From positions 128,001 to 192,000 of the forward strand of contig CAXXVK010000043.1 in NCBI GenBank assembly GCA_963676915.2: a stretch of 64,000 nucleotides of DNA, read 5' to 3'. Below are positions 9,100-20,381 of the stretch, one piece after another (position 1 is the stretch's first letter; each line of letters opens with the position of its first letter). The notes below the pieces were generated by a model that did no database searches, had not been told where the DNA came from, and worked only from the letters and a program-made list of their open reading frames with translations. This DNA is from Myxococcota bacterium (lineage in GTDB: Bacteria; Myxococcota_A; SURF-8; G963663525). The position numbers were made by a program, and so were the translations under genes.

Positions 9100-11316
9100 T
9101 CAGTCTCCAGCAATTTTTGGAACCGTACCACTCCAGGCACGATACAATTCGTCAAGCGACAGGTTGAAATAGGGGTCGAATGCCAGTCGATCCCCACCGA
9201 CACGCCCCAGATGAGCCGTCTCGATTCCCAATCGACCCGCCAGCGTCATCAGTGCATCGATGGATTCAGCGGGTGAAGACACGATGGCTCGGGAGGTATC
9301 CTCGCCGAAGAAGTAGAAGTCACTGCGTCGTATGCGCGCCTGGTGGGTGACGGTCAATCCCAGACCCGGACCTTCGGGTTTGAGGCAGCATTCCGCCAGA
9401 GCTACGGCCAAACCACCGTCGCTGATGTCATGTGTACTGGACAACAGGTGTTCTTTGGCGGCTTGTCGCAGGAATTTTTGCAGGCGTTTTTCGGTGTCTG
9501 TATCGATCGCGGGCGGGCAACCGGCAACCTTTCCATGGATGACGGAAAGGTACTCGCTGCCTCCGATATGGCCTTGGGTCGAACCGAGCAAAAGAACATG
9601 GTCGCCGGTCTGTTCGAAATGGGAACCGACCACGTGATTCATATCCTCGACCAGTCCTGCCATAGCGACAGCGGGAGTCGGATAAATGGCTTTGCCATCG
9701 GTTTCGTTATAGAAACTCACGTTACCCGAAATGACCGGTGTGTCGAAGTCTTTGCAGGCTTCCGACATACCTTCGACCGCTTGGGCGAATTGCCACATGA
9801 TTTCCGGTTTTTCCGGGTTGCCGAAGTTCAGGCAGTCGGTAATTGCCAATGGTAACGCACCGGAACAACTCAGGTTTCTCGCGGCTTCAGCTACGGCGAG
9901 ATACGCTCCGGCTCGTGGGTCGAGGTAGCAGTATCGCGGGTTGCAGTCTACCGACATGCCGATCCCTTTGCGGGTTCCCTTGACACGTACCACCGCCGCA
10001 TCGCCGCCGGGGCGTTGGGCCGTGTTGGTATGTACCATATGATCGTATTGACGCCAGACCCATTTGTCGAGAGCCAGGTTGGGAGAGGCCATCATGTCGA
10101 GCAACGTCTGTCCCAGATCCGTCGGTTCGGGCAGGGAATCCTCATCGAGTTGCTGTACTTCGTCCTGCCAGCCCGGTCGGATCTGGGGACGGTCGTACAT
10201 CGGCGCTTGATCGGAAATCGCGTTGACCGGCATATCTCCGACTTTTTCGCCCTGATAGTTGAGCACGAAGCGGCCATCGTCCGTCACGAGGCCAACCTCA
10301 TGGGCTTCCAAGTCCCATTTGCGGAAGATGTCGTAGACTTCTTTTTCCTGCCCGCGTTTGGCGACCAGCAGCATTCTTTCCTGGGATTCCGAGAGCATCA
10401 GCTCGTAGGCCGTCATGTTCTCTTCGCGGACGGGAATCTTGTCGAGATCGAGCACCATTCCCGTACCGGCCCGTTCGGCCATTTCCAAGGCAGAGGAGGT
10501 CAATCCGACCGCACCCATATCCTGAATGCCCACGAGACAGTCTTTTTCGAACAGTTCCATGCAGGCTTCGAGCAACAGTTTTTCCATGAAGGGGTCGCCG
10601 ACTTGCACGGTGGGGCGTTTGGCTTCGGTTTCGTCCGAAAATTCTTCCGAGGCCATAGTGGCACCGTGGATGCCGTCGCGTCCCGTTTTGGCTCCTACGT
10701 AAATCACGGGATTTCCGGGACCGGAGGCGAACCCTTTGAAAATGCGATCGTGGCGGACCAGACCCAGCGTGAAAGCGTTCACCAGAATGTTACCATTATA
10801 ACTGGGATCGAAGGTGGTTTCGCCGCCGACCGTCGGAACGCCGATGCAGTTTCCGTATCCGGCGATTCCGGCCACAACGCCTTGCAGCAGATACGGGGTT
10901 TTCGGGTGATCCGGCTCGCCGAAACGCAGGGAATTCAAGTTGGCGATGGGGCGCGCACCCATGGTGAAGACATCACGCAGGATACCACCCACGCCTGTCG
11001 CCGCACCCTGATAGGGTTCGATGTAGGACGGGTGATTGTGGCTTTCCATCTTGAAACAGATGGCCAAGTTGTCGCCGATATCGACGATACCCGCGTTTTC
11101 GCCCGGACCCTGGAGCACCTGCGGTCCCTCGGTGGGGAATTTACTCAAGTGAATTCGGGAGCTTTTGTAGGAGCAGTGTTCGCTCCACATCGAGGAGATG
11201 ACACCCAGTTCGGTGAACGTGGGTTCGCGCCCGAGGATGTCGAGCATCCGTTGCCATTCCTCGTCGGAAAGGCCGTGCTCGCGTATCAGTTCCGGGGTGA
11301 TTTTCGGTTCTTCCAC
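9100..11316 (-). CDS. purL: FGAM synthase subunit PurL
   Basis: [40 protein letters not shown]. Confidence 0.98.
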   Translation of the reverse strand: MEEPKITPELIREHGLSDEEWQRMLDILGREPTFTELGVISSMWSEHCSYKSSRIHLSKFPTEGPQVLQGPGENAGIVDIGDNLAICFKMESHNHPSYIEPYQGAATGVGGILRDVFTMGARPIANLNSLRFGEPDHPKTPYLLQGVVAGIAGYGNCIGVPTVGGETTFDPSYNGNILVNAFTLGLVRHDRIFKGFASGPGNPVIYVGAKTGRDGIHGATMASEEFSDETEAKRPTVQVGDPFMEKLLLEACMELFEKDCLVGIQDMGAVGLTSSALEMAERAGTGMVLDLDKIPVREENMTAYELMLSESQERMLLVAKRGQEKEVYDIFRKWDLEAHEVGLVTDDGRFVLNYQGEKVGDMPVNAISDQAPMYDRPQIRPGWQDEVQQLDEDSLPEPTDLGQTLLDMMASPNLALDKWVWRQYDHMVHTNTAQRPGGDAAVVRVKGTRKGIGMSVDCNPRYCYLDPRAGAYLAVAEAARNLSCSGALPLAITDCLNFGNPEKPEIMWQFAQAVEGMSEACKDFDTPVISGNVSFYNETDGKAIYPTPAVAMAGLVEDMNHVVGSHFEQTGDHVLLLGSTQGHIGGSEYLSVIHGKVAGCPPAIDTDTEKRLQKFLRQAAKEHLLSSTHDISDGGLAVALAECCLKPEGPGLGLTVTHQARIRRSDFYFFGEDTSRAIVSSPAESIDALMTLAGRLGIETAHLGRVGGDRLAFDPYFNLSLDELYRAWSGTVPKIAGD

Positions 11317-11318
11317 GA

Positions 11319-12017
11319 TTACACCCTTTCTTCGACCCAGCTTTGGATGGATTCAAACAACCGTCGTCCGTGCTCACCACCGAGGATCGACTCGGAGCAG
11401 CGCTCGGGATGCGGCATCATTCCCAGAACCGTTTTCGATTCGTTGCAGATTCCTGCAATATTTCGCAACGATCCGTTGGGATTGGCCGCCTCGACGATTT
11501 CGCCCTGTTTGTCGCAATAGCGGAACAGCACCTGACCCTCGCCTTCGAGACGATTGAGGGTTTCGGTATCGGCGAAATAGTTGCCTTCCATATGCGCGAT
11601 GGGAACCTGCACCTTTTCACCGGCTGTGAAGCGGCGAGTAAAGGGGCTGTCCGCGTGTTCCACCTTGAGATCCACGTATTCGCAGATGAATCGCAGGGAA
11701 CGATTGCGCATCAGTTTTCCGGGAAGCATTCCGGCTTCGGTGAGAATCTGGAAGCCGTTGCAGATGCCCAGCACCAGTCCGCCCTTGGCCGCGAATTTCT
11801 GAATCGCCGGAAGAATCGAGGCGAAACGCGCAATAGCGCCACAGCGCAGGTAATCCCCGTAGGAAAAACCGCCCGGCAGAATGACCAGATCGAGCGGAGG
11901 AAGCTTCTTTTCTTTGTGCCAGATCAATCTGGCATCCCAGCCCATCACACTTTGAGCCACGTGCAGACAGTCGTGGTCGCAGTTGGAGCCGGGGAATGTC
12001 ACGATGCCGCAGCGCAT
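11319..12017 (-). CDS. purQ: FGAM synthase glutaminase subunit PurQ
   Basis: [32 protein letters not shown]. Confidence 0.98.
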   Translation of the reverse strand: MRCGIVTFPGSNCDHDCLHVAQSVMGWDARLIWHKEKKLPPLDLVILPGGFSYGDYLRCGAIARFASILPAIQKFAAKGGLVLGICNGFQILTEAGMLPGKLMRNRSLRFICEYVDLKVEHADSPFTRRFTAGEKVQVPIAHMEGNYFADTETLNRLEGEGQVLFRYCDKQGEIVEAANPNGSLRNIAGICNESKTVLGMMPHPERCSESILGGEHGRRLFESIQSWVEERV

Positions 12018-12019
12018 CT

Positions 12020-12256
12020 TCAACCCTCCAATTCGACTCGGAAATCCTCGATGATCGGATTGGCCAGCAACTGGTCGCTGAGTTTGAGCATACGCTCCTC
12101 GGCGGATTCCACGGAATCCAGTTCGACCTCGAAATACTTGCCTTGTCGGACGCTTTTTACCTCGTCGTATCCCAGAGAGACGGCGGCACGCGCCACGGCC
12201 TGTCCCTGAGGATCGAGGACGCCGGTTTTCAATGTGACAAAAACCTTGGCTTTCAT
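12020..12256 (-). CDS. purS: FGAM synthase subunit PurS
   Basis: [23 protein letters not shown]; ATG 12256 with GAGG RBS. Confidence 0.96.
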   Translation of the reverse strand: MKAKVFVTLKTGVLDPQGQAVARAAVSLGYDEVKSVRQGKYFEVELDSVESAEERMLKLSDQLLANPIIEDFRVELEG

Positions 12257-12414
12257 GAACTTACCTCGTTTGTATACATCGGTTACGATGAACGACACCC
12301 GAAAAGGTCATGCGTGTACCATGCATCCGCTTTCAGGTCAATCCTTTCGTCCATTTCCTTACTGTTTGGGGTGCATCACAAAATAGTGCGACTTTCGTAA
12401 AATCCTCTTTTTTC

Positions 12415-12508
12415 GTAGCGGCGAGGCGTAAGCCCGCCGTTTTTGCCTTTTGAAAGTTGCTTTTATGCCCCAATCTCCTTTTTCGGCGGGCTTACGCCTC
12501 GCCGCTAC
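12415..12508. repeat. REPIN-like element: perfect 25-bp inverted pair of GTAG-type REPs
   Basis: GTAGCGGCGAGGCGTAAGCCCGCCG (12415-12439) and its exact reverse complement (12484-12508) with a 44-nt spacer; each arm is GTAG plus an internal hairpin. Confidence 0.8.
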
Positions 12509-12735
12509 AACCAAATGAATGAATGATTCAATATTATTGGGCCAATTCGCACCATTTTGTGATGCACCCTTCTGATTGTAGATATTTTGGAAAAGCGAAG
12601 ACGACCGAAGAAACTTTTCGTCATTTCGAAATCTACATGTTATGAACGGTGGGTGTTTTTCCCGGACTTCGCTCGGGATATTTCGAATGTCCGCTTTTAC
12701 CCGACCGTCCGTCGGTCTTGCTTTCGAATCAAGGC

Positions 12736-15291
12736 ATGAAAAAGATTCTGGAATACTGGCAACGATTCGTGATCCGCTACGTTCGGATTTCACAACGCCA
12801 TCCTTATGTATTGCTGGCGATTTTTTTCGCTTTTGCGCTGGTTGGTATCCGGCTTGCCGCGACGGGAATAGCTGTCGAGACGGACCTTGCCGCGCTATTG
12901 CCCGAAAACACGCCCTCGGTGCGGGCGCTGGAAATGAGCGAAACACGGATCGGCTCGATCGATTTTTTCACCATCGCCATGCAGAGTCAGGCCGGTAATA
13001 CCGATGCCATCGTAAAAGTTCAGGATCTTCTCAAAGCACGGATCGAAGCCGAATGGAAAGACGCCCAATGGGTGCAAGTTGAACGCGACACGACGTTTTT
13101 CAAAGAACATGCTCTCTATTACCTGAAAACGGCGGATCTGGAAGACCTGCTGGACCGTCTGGACTACGAATTCACTACCACCGTGGCGGACAAAGTGCCC
13201 GGAATGATTAACTTTCTCGATGATGGTGACGGAACCGAAGGGTTGGACCATTGGTACCGGGAAGAGATCGTCACGAGTCTGGGGCTTCCTCCGCAGGTCG
13301 AGCAGTCGTTCAACGATTTTTTCAAGGAACAAACAGACGAAAAAGAGCAAGATTCGGACGAATCGCCAAAACTTCCGTCGAAATACGCCGACCGGTTGAT
13401 CAGTCCCGAAGGGGATATCGGCGTGGTGCTGGTGCAACTCGACAAACCGTCGATGGATATCGATTTTACCCGAGTCGCCATGGCGAGGGGAGAAAAACTG
13501 ATCGACGAGATCGATCCGAAGTCCATCGATCCGACGATGACGGTCCAAGTCGTCGGAGCGTACCGAAAATTCAAGGAAGTGGACGCCATCAGCCGCGATG
13601 GCACGCTGGCGACAATTATCAGCGTCGTGCTCGTTCTGATGCTGATTCTTGTGTTTTTCCGGTCATTTCGGACGATTGCAGTCGTGTTTTTTCCGCTGTT
13701 CGTTGCTGCGAGCGTGACGATGGGCGTGGTTGCGCTGACGTTCGGTCGATTGACGGTGCTGACCGTGTTCATTCTGGCGCTGTTGGTGGGAATGGGCATC
13801 GATTACGGTATTCACTTGTATGGCAGGATTCTTCTCAACGCCCGGCGGGGTACCGAGTTGGATGTTGCCTGTCGCCGAAGCCTTTTTTCTACCGGTCGGG
13901 CGTTGTTGATGGCGGCATTGACGACCATTGCTTCCTTGATGACGCTTCTTTTCGGGCATTTTCAAGGGTTTAGGGAGTTTGGGATTGCTGCTTCCTATGG
14001 ACTCGTATTCTGCGTGGGTGCTTCGATTCTGGTGATTCCACCAATGATCTTTGCCCTTCAGCGTTTGCGACCCATTCGCGTCGTTTCGGAGCGAAATTCT
14101 TTAGAAAACGAAAAGACGGAGCTTTCCAAAAGTGCTTTGAGTACCTGGATGCCACGGGCGTTTTTCTTTGGCATTCTTTTAACGTTGGCGCTGGGGTGGT
14201 TCGTCCCTCGCGTGATTTTCGAGTACGACATCCGCAACCTGACCGCTAGCGAAACGCATACGCTTATCGATTATCTTCGAGCGCTCGGCAAAGATGCCAG
14301 TACGACACCCGGCGTCATTATGGCGTCCAGTCGGGAGCAGATGAAGAAAGTCCATGCACATCTGTTGAAGCGCCTTGTAGAAGATCACGATCCGACGCTG
14401 ACGAGCTTTATTACCTACTATACGTTCGTTCCTCCGATGGAGGATCAAGAAGAACGGCAGGAAATCATCAACGAAATCGGGGATATCGTTCACACCCGCG
14501 CCATGCAGAAGCTTACAGGCGAGAAAAAACGCCTGGTCGATGAATTGACGACCATGGCGGATGCCAAGCCTTTCGACCACAAAGATCTGCCGGACTGGGC
14601 AAGCCGGATCGTGACCGAAGCAGACGGAAGTGTCGGTAAAATCGGGCACTTATACGCGAAAATCGACAATTGGAACGTGTATTCGGGACAGGAGTTTTTC
14701 GAGCAATACGGCGATTTTCACATCGATGGAGAGTGGTTGCCGGTGGCCAACAGCCGGTTCATTCTTTCGGATGTGGTTTCGATGGTGAAAAAGGACGGTC
14801 TGCGTCTGCTCGTGCTGGTAAGTCTGGCGCTGATCGTGATTCTATTCCTGTTTACCCGAAGAATATCGGGTACTTGCATTCTTTTCGGTGTGCTTGCTCT
14901 GTCGTCTTTGTGGACAGCAGGGATCATGGGACTTGCTAATATCCGGTTAAGTTTGTATAACATTATCGTGATTCCGGTGATTTTAGGTGTAGGCATTGAC
15001 GGAGCGATCCATCTTTATCACCGGCATCTCGACCCACGTTCGAAAGGTTTAGCCGATACGTTACGCTCCACCGGTGTGACCGTGACGGCAAGTAGTTGGA
15101 CTACGATGGCCGGTTTCATGGGATTGCTGTTCGTGGAACACAAAGGGCTGAAAACCATTGGAATGCTGGGAAGCATAGGTGTCGCCTTAAGTTGGTTCGG
15201 CGTGATGGTTTTATTGCCGTTCTTGCTCGACCGCTTTATCCGACCGCCTGAAAACGAAACGGCGAAAGGGCTTAAGGCCAAAGCTGCATGA
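12736..15291 (+). CDS. MMPL/RND family lipid transporter
   Basis: Two TM bundles with GMGIDYGIHL and GVGIDGAIHL motifs and large periplasmic loops; likely start MKKILEYW. Confidence 0.9.
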   Translation: MKKILEYWQRFVIRYVRISQRHPYVLLAIFFAFALVGIRLAATGIAVETDLAALLPENTPSVRALEMSETRIGSIDFFTIAMQSQAGNTDAIVKVQDLLKARIEAEWKDAQWVQVERDTTFFKEHALYYLKTADLEDLLDRLDYEFTTTVADKVPGMINFLDDGDGTEGLDHWYREEIVTSLGLPPQVEQSFNDFFKEQTDEKEQDSDESPKLPSKYADRLISPEGDIGVVLVQLDKPSMDIDFTRVAMARGEKLIDEIDPKSIDPTMTVQVVGAYRKFKEVDAISRDGTLATIISVVLVLMLILVFFRSFRTIAVVFFPLFVAASVTMGVVALTFGRLTVLTVFILALLVGMGIDYGIHLYGRILLNARRGTELDVACRRSLFSTGRALLMAALTTIASLMTLLFGHFQGFREFGIAASYGLVFCVGASILVIPPMIFALQRLRPIRVVSERNSLENEKTELSKSALSTWMPRAFFFGILLTLALGWFVPRVIFEYDIRNLTASETHTLIDYLRALGKDASTTPGVIMASSREQMKKVHAHLLKRLVEDHDPTLTSFITYYTFVPPMEDQEERQEIINEIGDIVHTRAMQKLTGEKKRLVDELTTMADAKPFDHKDLPDWASRIVTEADGSVGKIGHLYAKIDNWNVYSGQEFFEQYGDFHIDGEWLPVANSRFILSDVVSMVKKDGLRLLVLVSLALIVILFLFTRRISGTCILFGVLALSSLWTAGIMGLANIRLSLYNIIVIPVILGVGIDGAIHLYHRHLDPRSKGLADTLRSTGVTVTASSWTTMAGFMGLLFVEHKGLKTIGMLGSIGVALSWFGVMVLLPFLLDRFIRPPENETAKGLKAKAA

Positions 15292-15337
15292 ACCCACAAT
15301 CCGGCTTTCCACCGGACCCGACCGGAGAATCCTACCG

Positions 15338-16312
15338 TTGACACTCAAGAATTATCTATCTCATCTTACACCGATGGACTACGTTACCGGGGGGTATAGT
15401 CTTTTTTCGGCGCTGTTGATCGCGATTCGACACGAAGCCATAGGTCCGCAGGCGTGGACCTATTTCGGTCTGCATATGATCGTTGTATTTATCGCCCTCG
15501 TGGCGTCCCCCGTGCAGGATTCCGCCCGTCATCCGTTGCTGCAAAACCCGGTTATGCGCTTTTTACGCAACATGTATGCTGCATTTCTACTGGGGATTTA
15601 TTACAACTGGACCGAGCCTGTCAGCCGGATGTTTTTCAGCCAGCCTCTGGATGCTTATGTGGAGGCCGTGGATGTGGCGCTGTTCGGATACAGTCCCGGT
15701 GTGGAACTCGTCAAGCGGTTGGGAAATAACAATTATTGGCTTACAGAATACATGAACTTCTCCTACCTGTCTTTTTATTACATCACGCTATATCTGCCGC
15801 TGTATCTGTATTTCAAAGGGAAAACACGGGAATTTTACCACGTTGCGTTCATTATGACCGTGACGATGTTCTTTTTCTGTTTTCTCCCACAATCGATTTT
15901 CCCGGTGGAAGGCCCGATTTACCGATATTCGGATATCGGCGGACATCTCCATGCCGGACCTATTTCGGCTTTCGCTGCATCGTTTCTAAGTGGAGCCGAC
16001 GTACCCGGATCGGCGATGCCTTCAGGACATATTGCCGGAACCGTAGGGATTTTCTTTTTGGCCTGGACCTATTTCCGTAAAGCGTTCTGGGTTTCCGCAC
16101 CGATCGTGATCAGTCTTTGCATTTCAACCGTATACGGTCATTTCCATTACGTGGTCGATGGTGTTGTTGGAATCCTGGTGGCTGTCATCGGCGTTTTCAT
16201 GGTTGGTCCATGGTTGTATGAATACATGTTTCCCCACCTGCTTCCCCCGCATCTCAGTCCGGAAGAAAGCGAAAGCCCGGAAAGTGCCTACCACGAAAAA
16301 CTGAAAGGTTAA
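15338..16312 (+). CDS. PAP2 superfamily membrane enzyme (AUR1/inositol-phosphorylceramide synthase-like)
   Basis: Multi-TM; Y.S[FY]Y, FPV.GP, AMPSGH, ISTVYGHFHYVVDG motifs. Confidence 0.8.
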   Translation: MTLKNYLSHLTPMDYVTGGYSLFSALLIAIRHEAIGPQAWTYFGLHMIVVFIALVASPVQDSARHPLLQNPVMRFLRNMYAAFLLGIYYNWTEPVSRMFFSQPLDAYVEAVDVALFGYSPGVELVKRLGNNNYWLTEYMNFSYLSFYYITLYLPLYLYFKGKTREFYHVAFIMTVTMFFFCFLPQSIFPVEGPIYRYSDIGGHLHAGPISAFAASFLSGADVPGSAMPSGHIAGTVGIFFLAWTYFRKAFWVSAPIVISLCISTVYGHFHYVVDGVVGILVAVIGVFMVGPWLYEYMFPHLLPPHLSPEESESPESAYHEKLKG

Positions 16313-16574
16313 GCTATCCTCGGGCGAAAAAATCGTTAGACCGCACTCAAAATAACGTATTGCACTCAAAATATTTTAAAGCTCCCATGAAAAAAAATAG
16401 GGTTGCTTGATAACGCAGAGTGTTAAGTTTGATGCGCCATACAAATAGCGAAACGCTAACATTTTCAGGATGATTCGCAAAATGCACCATGAACAGTAGG
16501 TTTTGAGCTTCTAAGTCTTTATACCAACTCCTGAAAATTGTTTTGGAAAAGGAGTCTTTTTTTCGAAACCACGC

Positions 16575-16740
16575 TTGACACACTGCGCAATCTGTGTTTA
16601 GAAACGCCTGACTTTATCCGGGTCTCACCGGATACCGGCGGCTTGGTCAGCATGTTTTTTAACATGAGTCGTCGGTACGACATGAGGCGGATCCGGATAA
16701 TTTTTCAAAAGATAACGCACTCCCGGGGGACGGGAGGCTC
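16575..16740 (+). promoter_or_regulatory. Putative promoter and structured 5' leader of the MFS-acs unit
   Basis: TTGACA at 16575, weak -10 near 16598-16604; long imperfect hairpin 16614-16700 followed by T5; second hairpin CTCCCG/CGGGAG. Confidence 0.5.
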
Positions 16741-16843
16741 TAACTTGCAGGATCTCCGAATATAACGATCAGTGGTTGTATTGGAGCGAAATCGAACGTA
16801 CCTGTGCTCAGTTTTGTCTTTTGACTTCGTGGAGGAATGGGAA

Positions 16844-18115
16844 ATGGCGACAGAGCGGAATCGAGGTTGGATCGTAACGTTAGCCGGAACCGGCATTAAC
16901 TTGGCTCTGGGTGTTCTGTACACCTGGAGCGTCATCAGCGCGGCAATTCCAAAGGAATGGGGATGGACCGCCGCCCAGAAATCGGACCCCTATGCAGTGG
17001 CCTGTTTCGTTTTCGCTCTGGCGATGATCCTTGCCGGACGTCTTCAGGACCGCATCGGCCCCCGCTGGGTCGCGATGATCGGTGGAGTTCTCGTGGGTCT
17101 GGGACTCTTGATGGCTGGTTTGATGGGCTCCAGCTATGTGGGCTTCGTCATTGGCTTCGGTGTGTTGGGCGGAATCGGAATCGGCTTCGGCTATGCGACG
17201 GCGACGCCTGCGGCGGTAAAATGGTTCCCGCCTGCTAAAACCGGTCTGATTGCCGGAATCGTTGTTGCAGGATTTGGTCTCGCCAGCGTATACATCGCAC
17301 CTCTGGCCGCCTATTTGACAAAAACCTACGGCGTGTCCAATTCGATGATCATTTTCGGCATTGCCTTCATGATCGTGGTTTGCGGACTGGCGATGCTTCT
17401 CAATAACCCGCCTGCCGGTTATGTTCCGCCGCAAGCTGCAACGAAAAACGATAGCAAAGCGGCTGCTCCTGCTGCGCCTGCCGCAGCGATCGATGTCAAC
17501 TGGCGCGAAATGCTCAAAACCCCTCAATTCTACGTTCTCTGGCTGATGTACGCCTGCGGTGCTGCGGCTGGTCTGATGGTTATCAAAAGCGCCGCTCCTT
17601 TGGGCAAAGCGTCCATGGGCGAATATGCTTTCGTCGTCGTTGCTGTGCTGGCCGTGGGTAACGCCGGTGGCCGCGTGCTGGCCGGAATCATCTCCGACAA
17701 AATCGGTCGTCAGATGACGATGCTGGGCTTCTTCATTCTCCAGGCCATTACGGTTGTCAGCCTGATTTTCGTGCAGCAAAATGCTGTGGCGCTGCTGCTG
17801 CTGGTTCTGCTCGCCGGAGCCAACTACGGTTCCAACCTGACCCTCTTCCCCTCGGCGACGAAAGATTACTTCGGCCTGAAGGGATTCGGCCTTAACTACG
17901 GCATCATGTTCACCGCCTGGGGCGTGGGTGGATTGATTCTCCCGCGTATCGCCGGAATGATCAAAGATGCTACCGGTAACACAGACCTGGCGTTCTACAT
18001 CGCCGGTGGCCTGATGGTTCTCGCCGCCGTGTTGACCTTCGTCAGCTCCGCCATGGCTAAAAGCGCCAAAGAAAAAGCGGAAAAGGAAGCTGAAGTAGCT
18101 ACCGAAGCCGCGTAA
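16844..18115 (+). CDS. MFS transporter, OFA (oxalate/formate antiporter) family
   Basis: G.LY.WS, GRLQDRIGPR, KWFPP.K.GL..G....GFG, NAGGR..AG..SDKIGR, FG.K.FG.NYG. Confidence 0.92.
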   Translation: MATERNRGWIVTLAGTGINLALGVLYTWSVISAAIPKEWGWTAAQKSDPYAVACFVFALAMILAGRLQDRIGPRWVAMIGGVLVGLGLLMAGLMGSSYVGFVIGFGVLGGIGIGFGYATATPAAVKWFPPAKTGLIAGIVVAGFGLASVYIAPLAAYLTKTYGVSNSMIIFGIAFMIVVCGLAMLLNNPPAGYVPPQAATKNDSKAAAPAAPAAAIDVNWREMLKTPQFYVLWLMYACGAAAGLMVIKSAAPLGKASMGEYAFVVVAVLAVGNAGGRVLAGIISDKIGRQMTMLGFFILQAITVVSLIFVQQNAVALLLLVLLAGANYGSNLTLFPSATKDYFGLKGFGLNYGIMFTAWGVGGLILPRIAGMIKDATGNTDLAFYIAGGLMVLAAVLTFVSSAMAKSAKEKAEKEAEVATEAA

Positions 18116-18129
18116 TCGAATCAATCTCT

Positions 18130-18175
18130 CCGGTAAAAAGCGATTCCCGATTTTCTCGGGAATCGCATTGCCGGA
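18130..18175 (+). other. Strong intercistronic stem-loop between MFS and acs
   Basis: GCGATTCCCGA-ttttc-TCGGGAATCGC, extendable by CCGGTAA/TTGCCGG; no U-tract. Confidence 0.6.
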
Positions 18176-18308
18176 AAAATGCAATGTTTGATGGTTAAGA
18201 GAAGGGTGTGGATGACACACCCGTGAGATGAGACACCCTGCCGCTAGGGAATCAGCGGAATTGATGCATACCGAATGATGTGTTTTTTTCAATCCACAGG
18301 AGGAGAGT

Positions 18309-20297
18309 ATGTCCGAAGAGAAACAACAGATTACTTCAATGATGGACGAAAACCGGAAGTTCGAAACTCCCGAATGGGCCGACAAAGCCTGGGTAAAGAA
18401 TTTCGAACAGTACAAAGAAATGTACGATCGTTCGATCGAAGATCCCGCTGGCTTCTGGGGCGAGATCGCCGACACGTTCTGGTGGGACAAAAAGTGGGAT
18501 AACATCCGCAACTTCGATTTCACCGGCGACATTTCGATCAAATGGTTTGAAGGCGCGAAAACCAACATCTGCTACAACGCCGTTGACCGCCACGCCGAAG
18601 CCGATCCCGAACGCGTTGCCATCTACTGGGAAGGCAATGAGCCGGGCGAAGAACGCAAGATCACTTACGGTGAGCTGAAAGACGAAGTCTCCAAGCTGGC
18701 CAACACCATGCGCAAACTGGGCGTCAAAAAAGGCGACCGCGTCAGCGTTTACATGCCGATGATTCCCGAACTTTCTTACACGCTGTTGGCCTGTGCCCGC
18801 ATCGGTGCCATCCACTCCGTGGTCTTCGGTGGATTCTCCCCCGAAGCTCTGAAAGATCGTATCGTCGACTCCGAATGCACCTTCCTGCTGACTTCCGACG
18901 GCACCTTCCGTGGTTCCAAGCCTGTGCCCCTCAAAGGCAATGCCGACCGTGCCATGGAATTGGCCCAAGAAGAAGGCGTCACCGTGAAGAACTGCATCGT
19001 CGTCCAGCGCGTCGGCGAAGGCAAAGGCCTTGACATCGAAATGAAGGAAGGCCGCGATCTGTGGTACCACGAAGCCGTGGCGGAAGCCTCCACCGATTGC
19101 CCCGTGGAAATCATGGACGCCGAAGATCCTCTCTTCATCCTTTACACCTCCGGCTCCACCGGAAAGCCCAAGGGCGTGCAGCACAACGTCGGCGGATACA
19201 TGATCTACACCGCCACTACCTTCAAGTACATCTTCGATTACCAGAAAGACGATGTGTTCTGGTGCACCGCGGATATCGGATGGGTCACCGGCCACAGCTA
19301 CATCGTGTACGGTCCTCTGCTCAACGCCGCTACCGAAGTTATGTTCGAAGGCGTGCCCACCTATCCCGACGCCGGACGTTTCTGGGACGTGGTCGACAAA
19401 TACAAAGTTTCTCAGTTCTACACCGCCCCCACCGCCATTCGCGCTCTGATCTCCAAGGGCGACTCCTGGGTGGACAGCCACGATCTTTCCAGCCTGCGCC
19501 TTCTGGGTACGGTCGGCGAACCGATCAACCCCGAAGCCTGGATGTGGTACTACAACAAAATCGGTGGCGGACGTTGCCCGATCGTGGATACCTGGTGGCA
19601 GACTGAGACCGGCGGAATCCTGATCTCGCCGATCCCCGGTGCCGTTCCGATCAAGCCCGGTAGCGCGACCGTGCCGTTCTTCGGCGTGCGCCCGAAAGTC
19701 ATTCGTGACGACGGAAGCGAATGCAACGTGAACGAAGGCGGCTACCTCGTCCTGACCGAGCCGTGGCCTTCCATGATGCGCACCGTGTACGGACAGCATC
19801 AGCGCTTCAAAGAAGTTTACTTCTCCATGTTCGAGGGACTGTACTTCACCGGTGACGGCGCCCGCGTGGACGAAGAAGGTTACTACTGGCTGATGGGCCG
19901 CGTGGATGACGTCATCAACGTGTCCGGTCACCGCATTGGTACCGCCGAAGTCGAGAGCGCCCTCGTTTCCCACGAAGACGTTGCCGAAGCCGCTGTCGTC
20001 GGTATGCCGCACGATATCAAAGGCCAGGGCATCTATGCCTTCGTGACCGTGAAACAGGGTGTCGATAAGACCGACGACCTGCTCAAGAACTTGGTCAAGC
20101 ACGTCCGTGCCGAAATCGGCCCGATCGCGACCCCTGACAAGATCCAGTTCGCCGACGCGCTGCCGAAGACCCGTTCCGGCAAAATCATGCGCCGCATCCT
20201 TCGCAAAATCGCCGAAGGCACCCCGGATCAAGTGGGCGACACCAGCACGCTGGCCGATCCCTCCGTGGTCGAAGACCTTATCGAAGGCGCGAAGTAA
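18309..20297 (+). CDS. acs: Acetyl-CoA synthetase
   Basis: [31 protein letters not shown]; AGGAGG RBS; strong codon bias. Confidence 0.98.
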   Translation: MSEEKQQITSMMDENRKFETPEWADKAWVKNFEQYKEMYDRSIEDPAGFWGEIADTFWWDKKWDNIRNFDFTGDISIKWFEGAKTNICYNAVDRHAEADPERVAIYWEGNEPGEERKITYGELKDEVSKLANTMRKLGVKKGDRVSVYMPMIPELSYTLLACARIGAIHSVVFGGFSPEALKDRIVDSECTFLLTSDGTFRGSKPVPLKGNADRAMELAQEEGVTVKNCIVVQRVGEGKGLDIEMKEGRDLWYHEAVAEASTDCPVEIMDAEDPLFILYTSGSTGKPKGVQHNVGGYMIYTATTFKYIFDYQKDDVFWCTADIGWVTGHSYIVYGPLLNAATEVMFEGVPTYPDAGRFWDVVDKYKVSQFYTAPTAIRALISKGDSWVDSHDLSSLRLLGTVGEPINPEAWMWYYNKIGGGRCPIVDTWWQTETGGILISPIPGAVPIKPGSATVPFFGVRPKVIRDDGSECNVNEGGYLVLTEPWPSMMRTVYGQHQRFKEVYFSMFEGLYFTGDGARVDEEGYYWLMGRVDDVINVSGHRIGTAEVESALVSHEDVAEAAVVGMPHDIKGQGIYAFVTVKQGVDKTDDLLKNLVKHVRAEIGPIATPDKIQFADALPKTRSGKIMRRILRKIAEGTPDQVGDTSTLADPSVVEDLIEGAK

Positions 20298-20347
20298 TCA
20301 TCTAGCGAAGCGAAACACCAGACTACCTTCCCTGGTTTCATTCGCCG

Positions 20348-20381
20348 AAGCGGGGACCGCATATGCGGTCCCCGCTTTTTT
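20348..20381 (+). terminator. Intrinsic terminator of acs
   Basis: AAGCGGGGACCGC-ATAT-GCGGTCCCCGCTTTTTT. Confidence 0.92.

Noticed and set aside
12257-12414. Purine/ZTP riboswitch upstream of purS
   Set aside because: No recognisable aptamer consensus found by eye.
12359-12946. 195-aa minus-strand ORF across the purS/MMPL intergenic region
   Set aside because: Overlaps the MMPL 5' end and the REPIN; no RBS or protein-like features.
16614-16700. SRP (4.5S) RNA or 6S RNA
   Set aside because: Lacks the SRP GGAA-tetraloop domain IV motif; too short and without the central bubble of 6S.
18336-20231. 631-aa antisense ORF (similarly 16880-18568, 10015-11520, 8098-9276, 2406-3458, 59469-60578)
   Set aside because: Shadow frames opposite well-identified genes with strong codon bias; no recognisable motifs.
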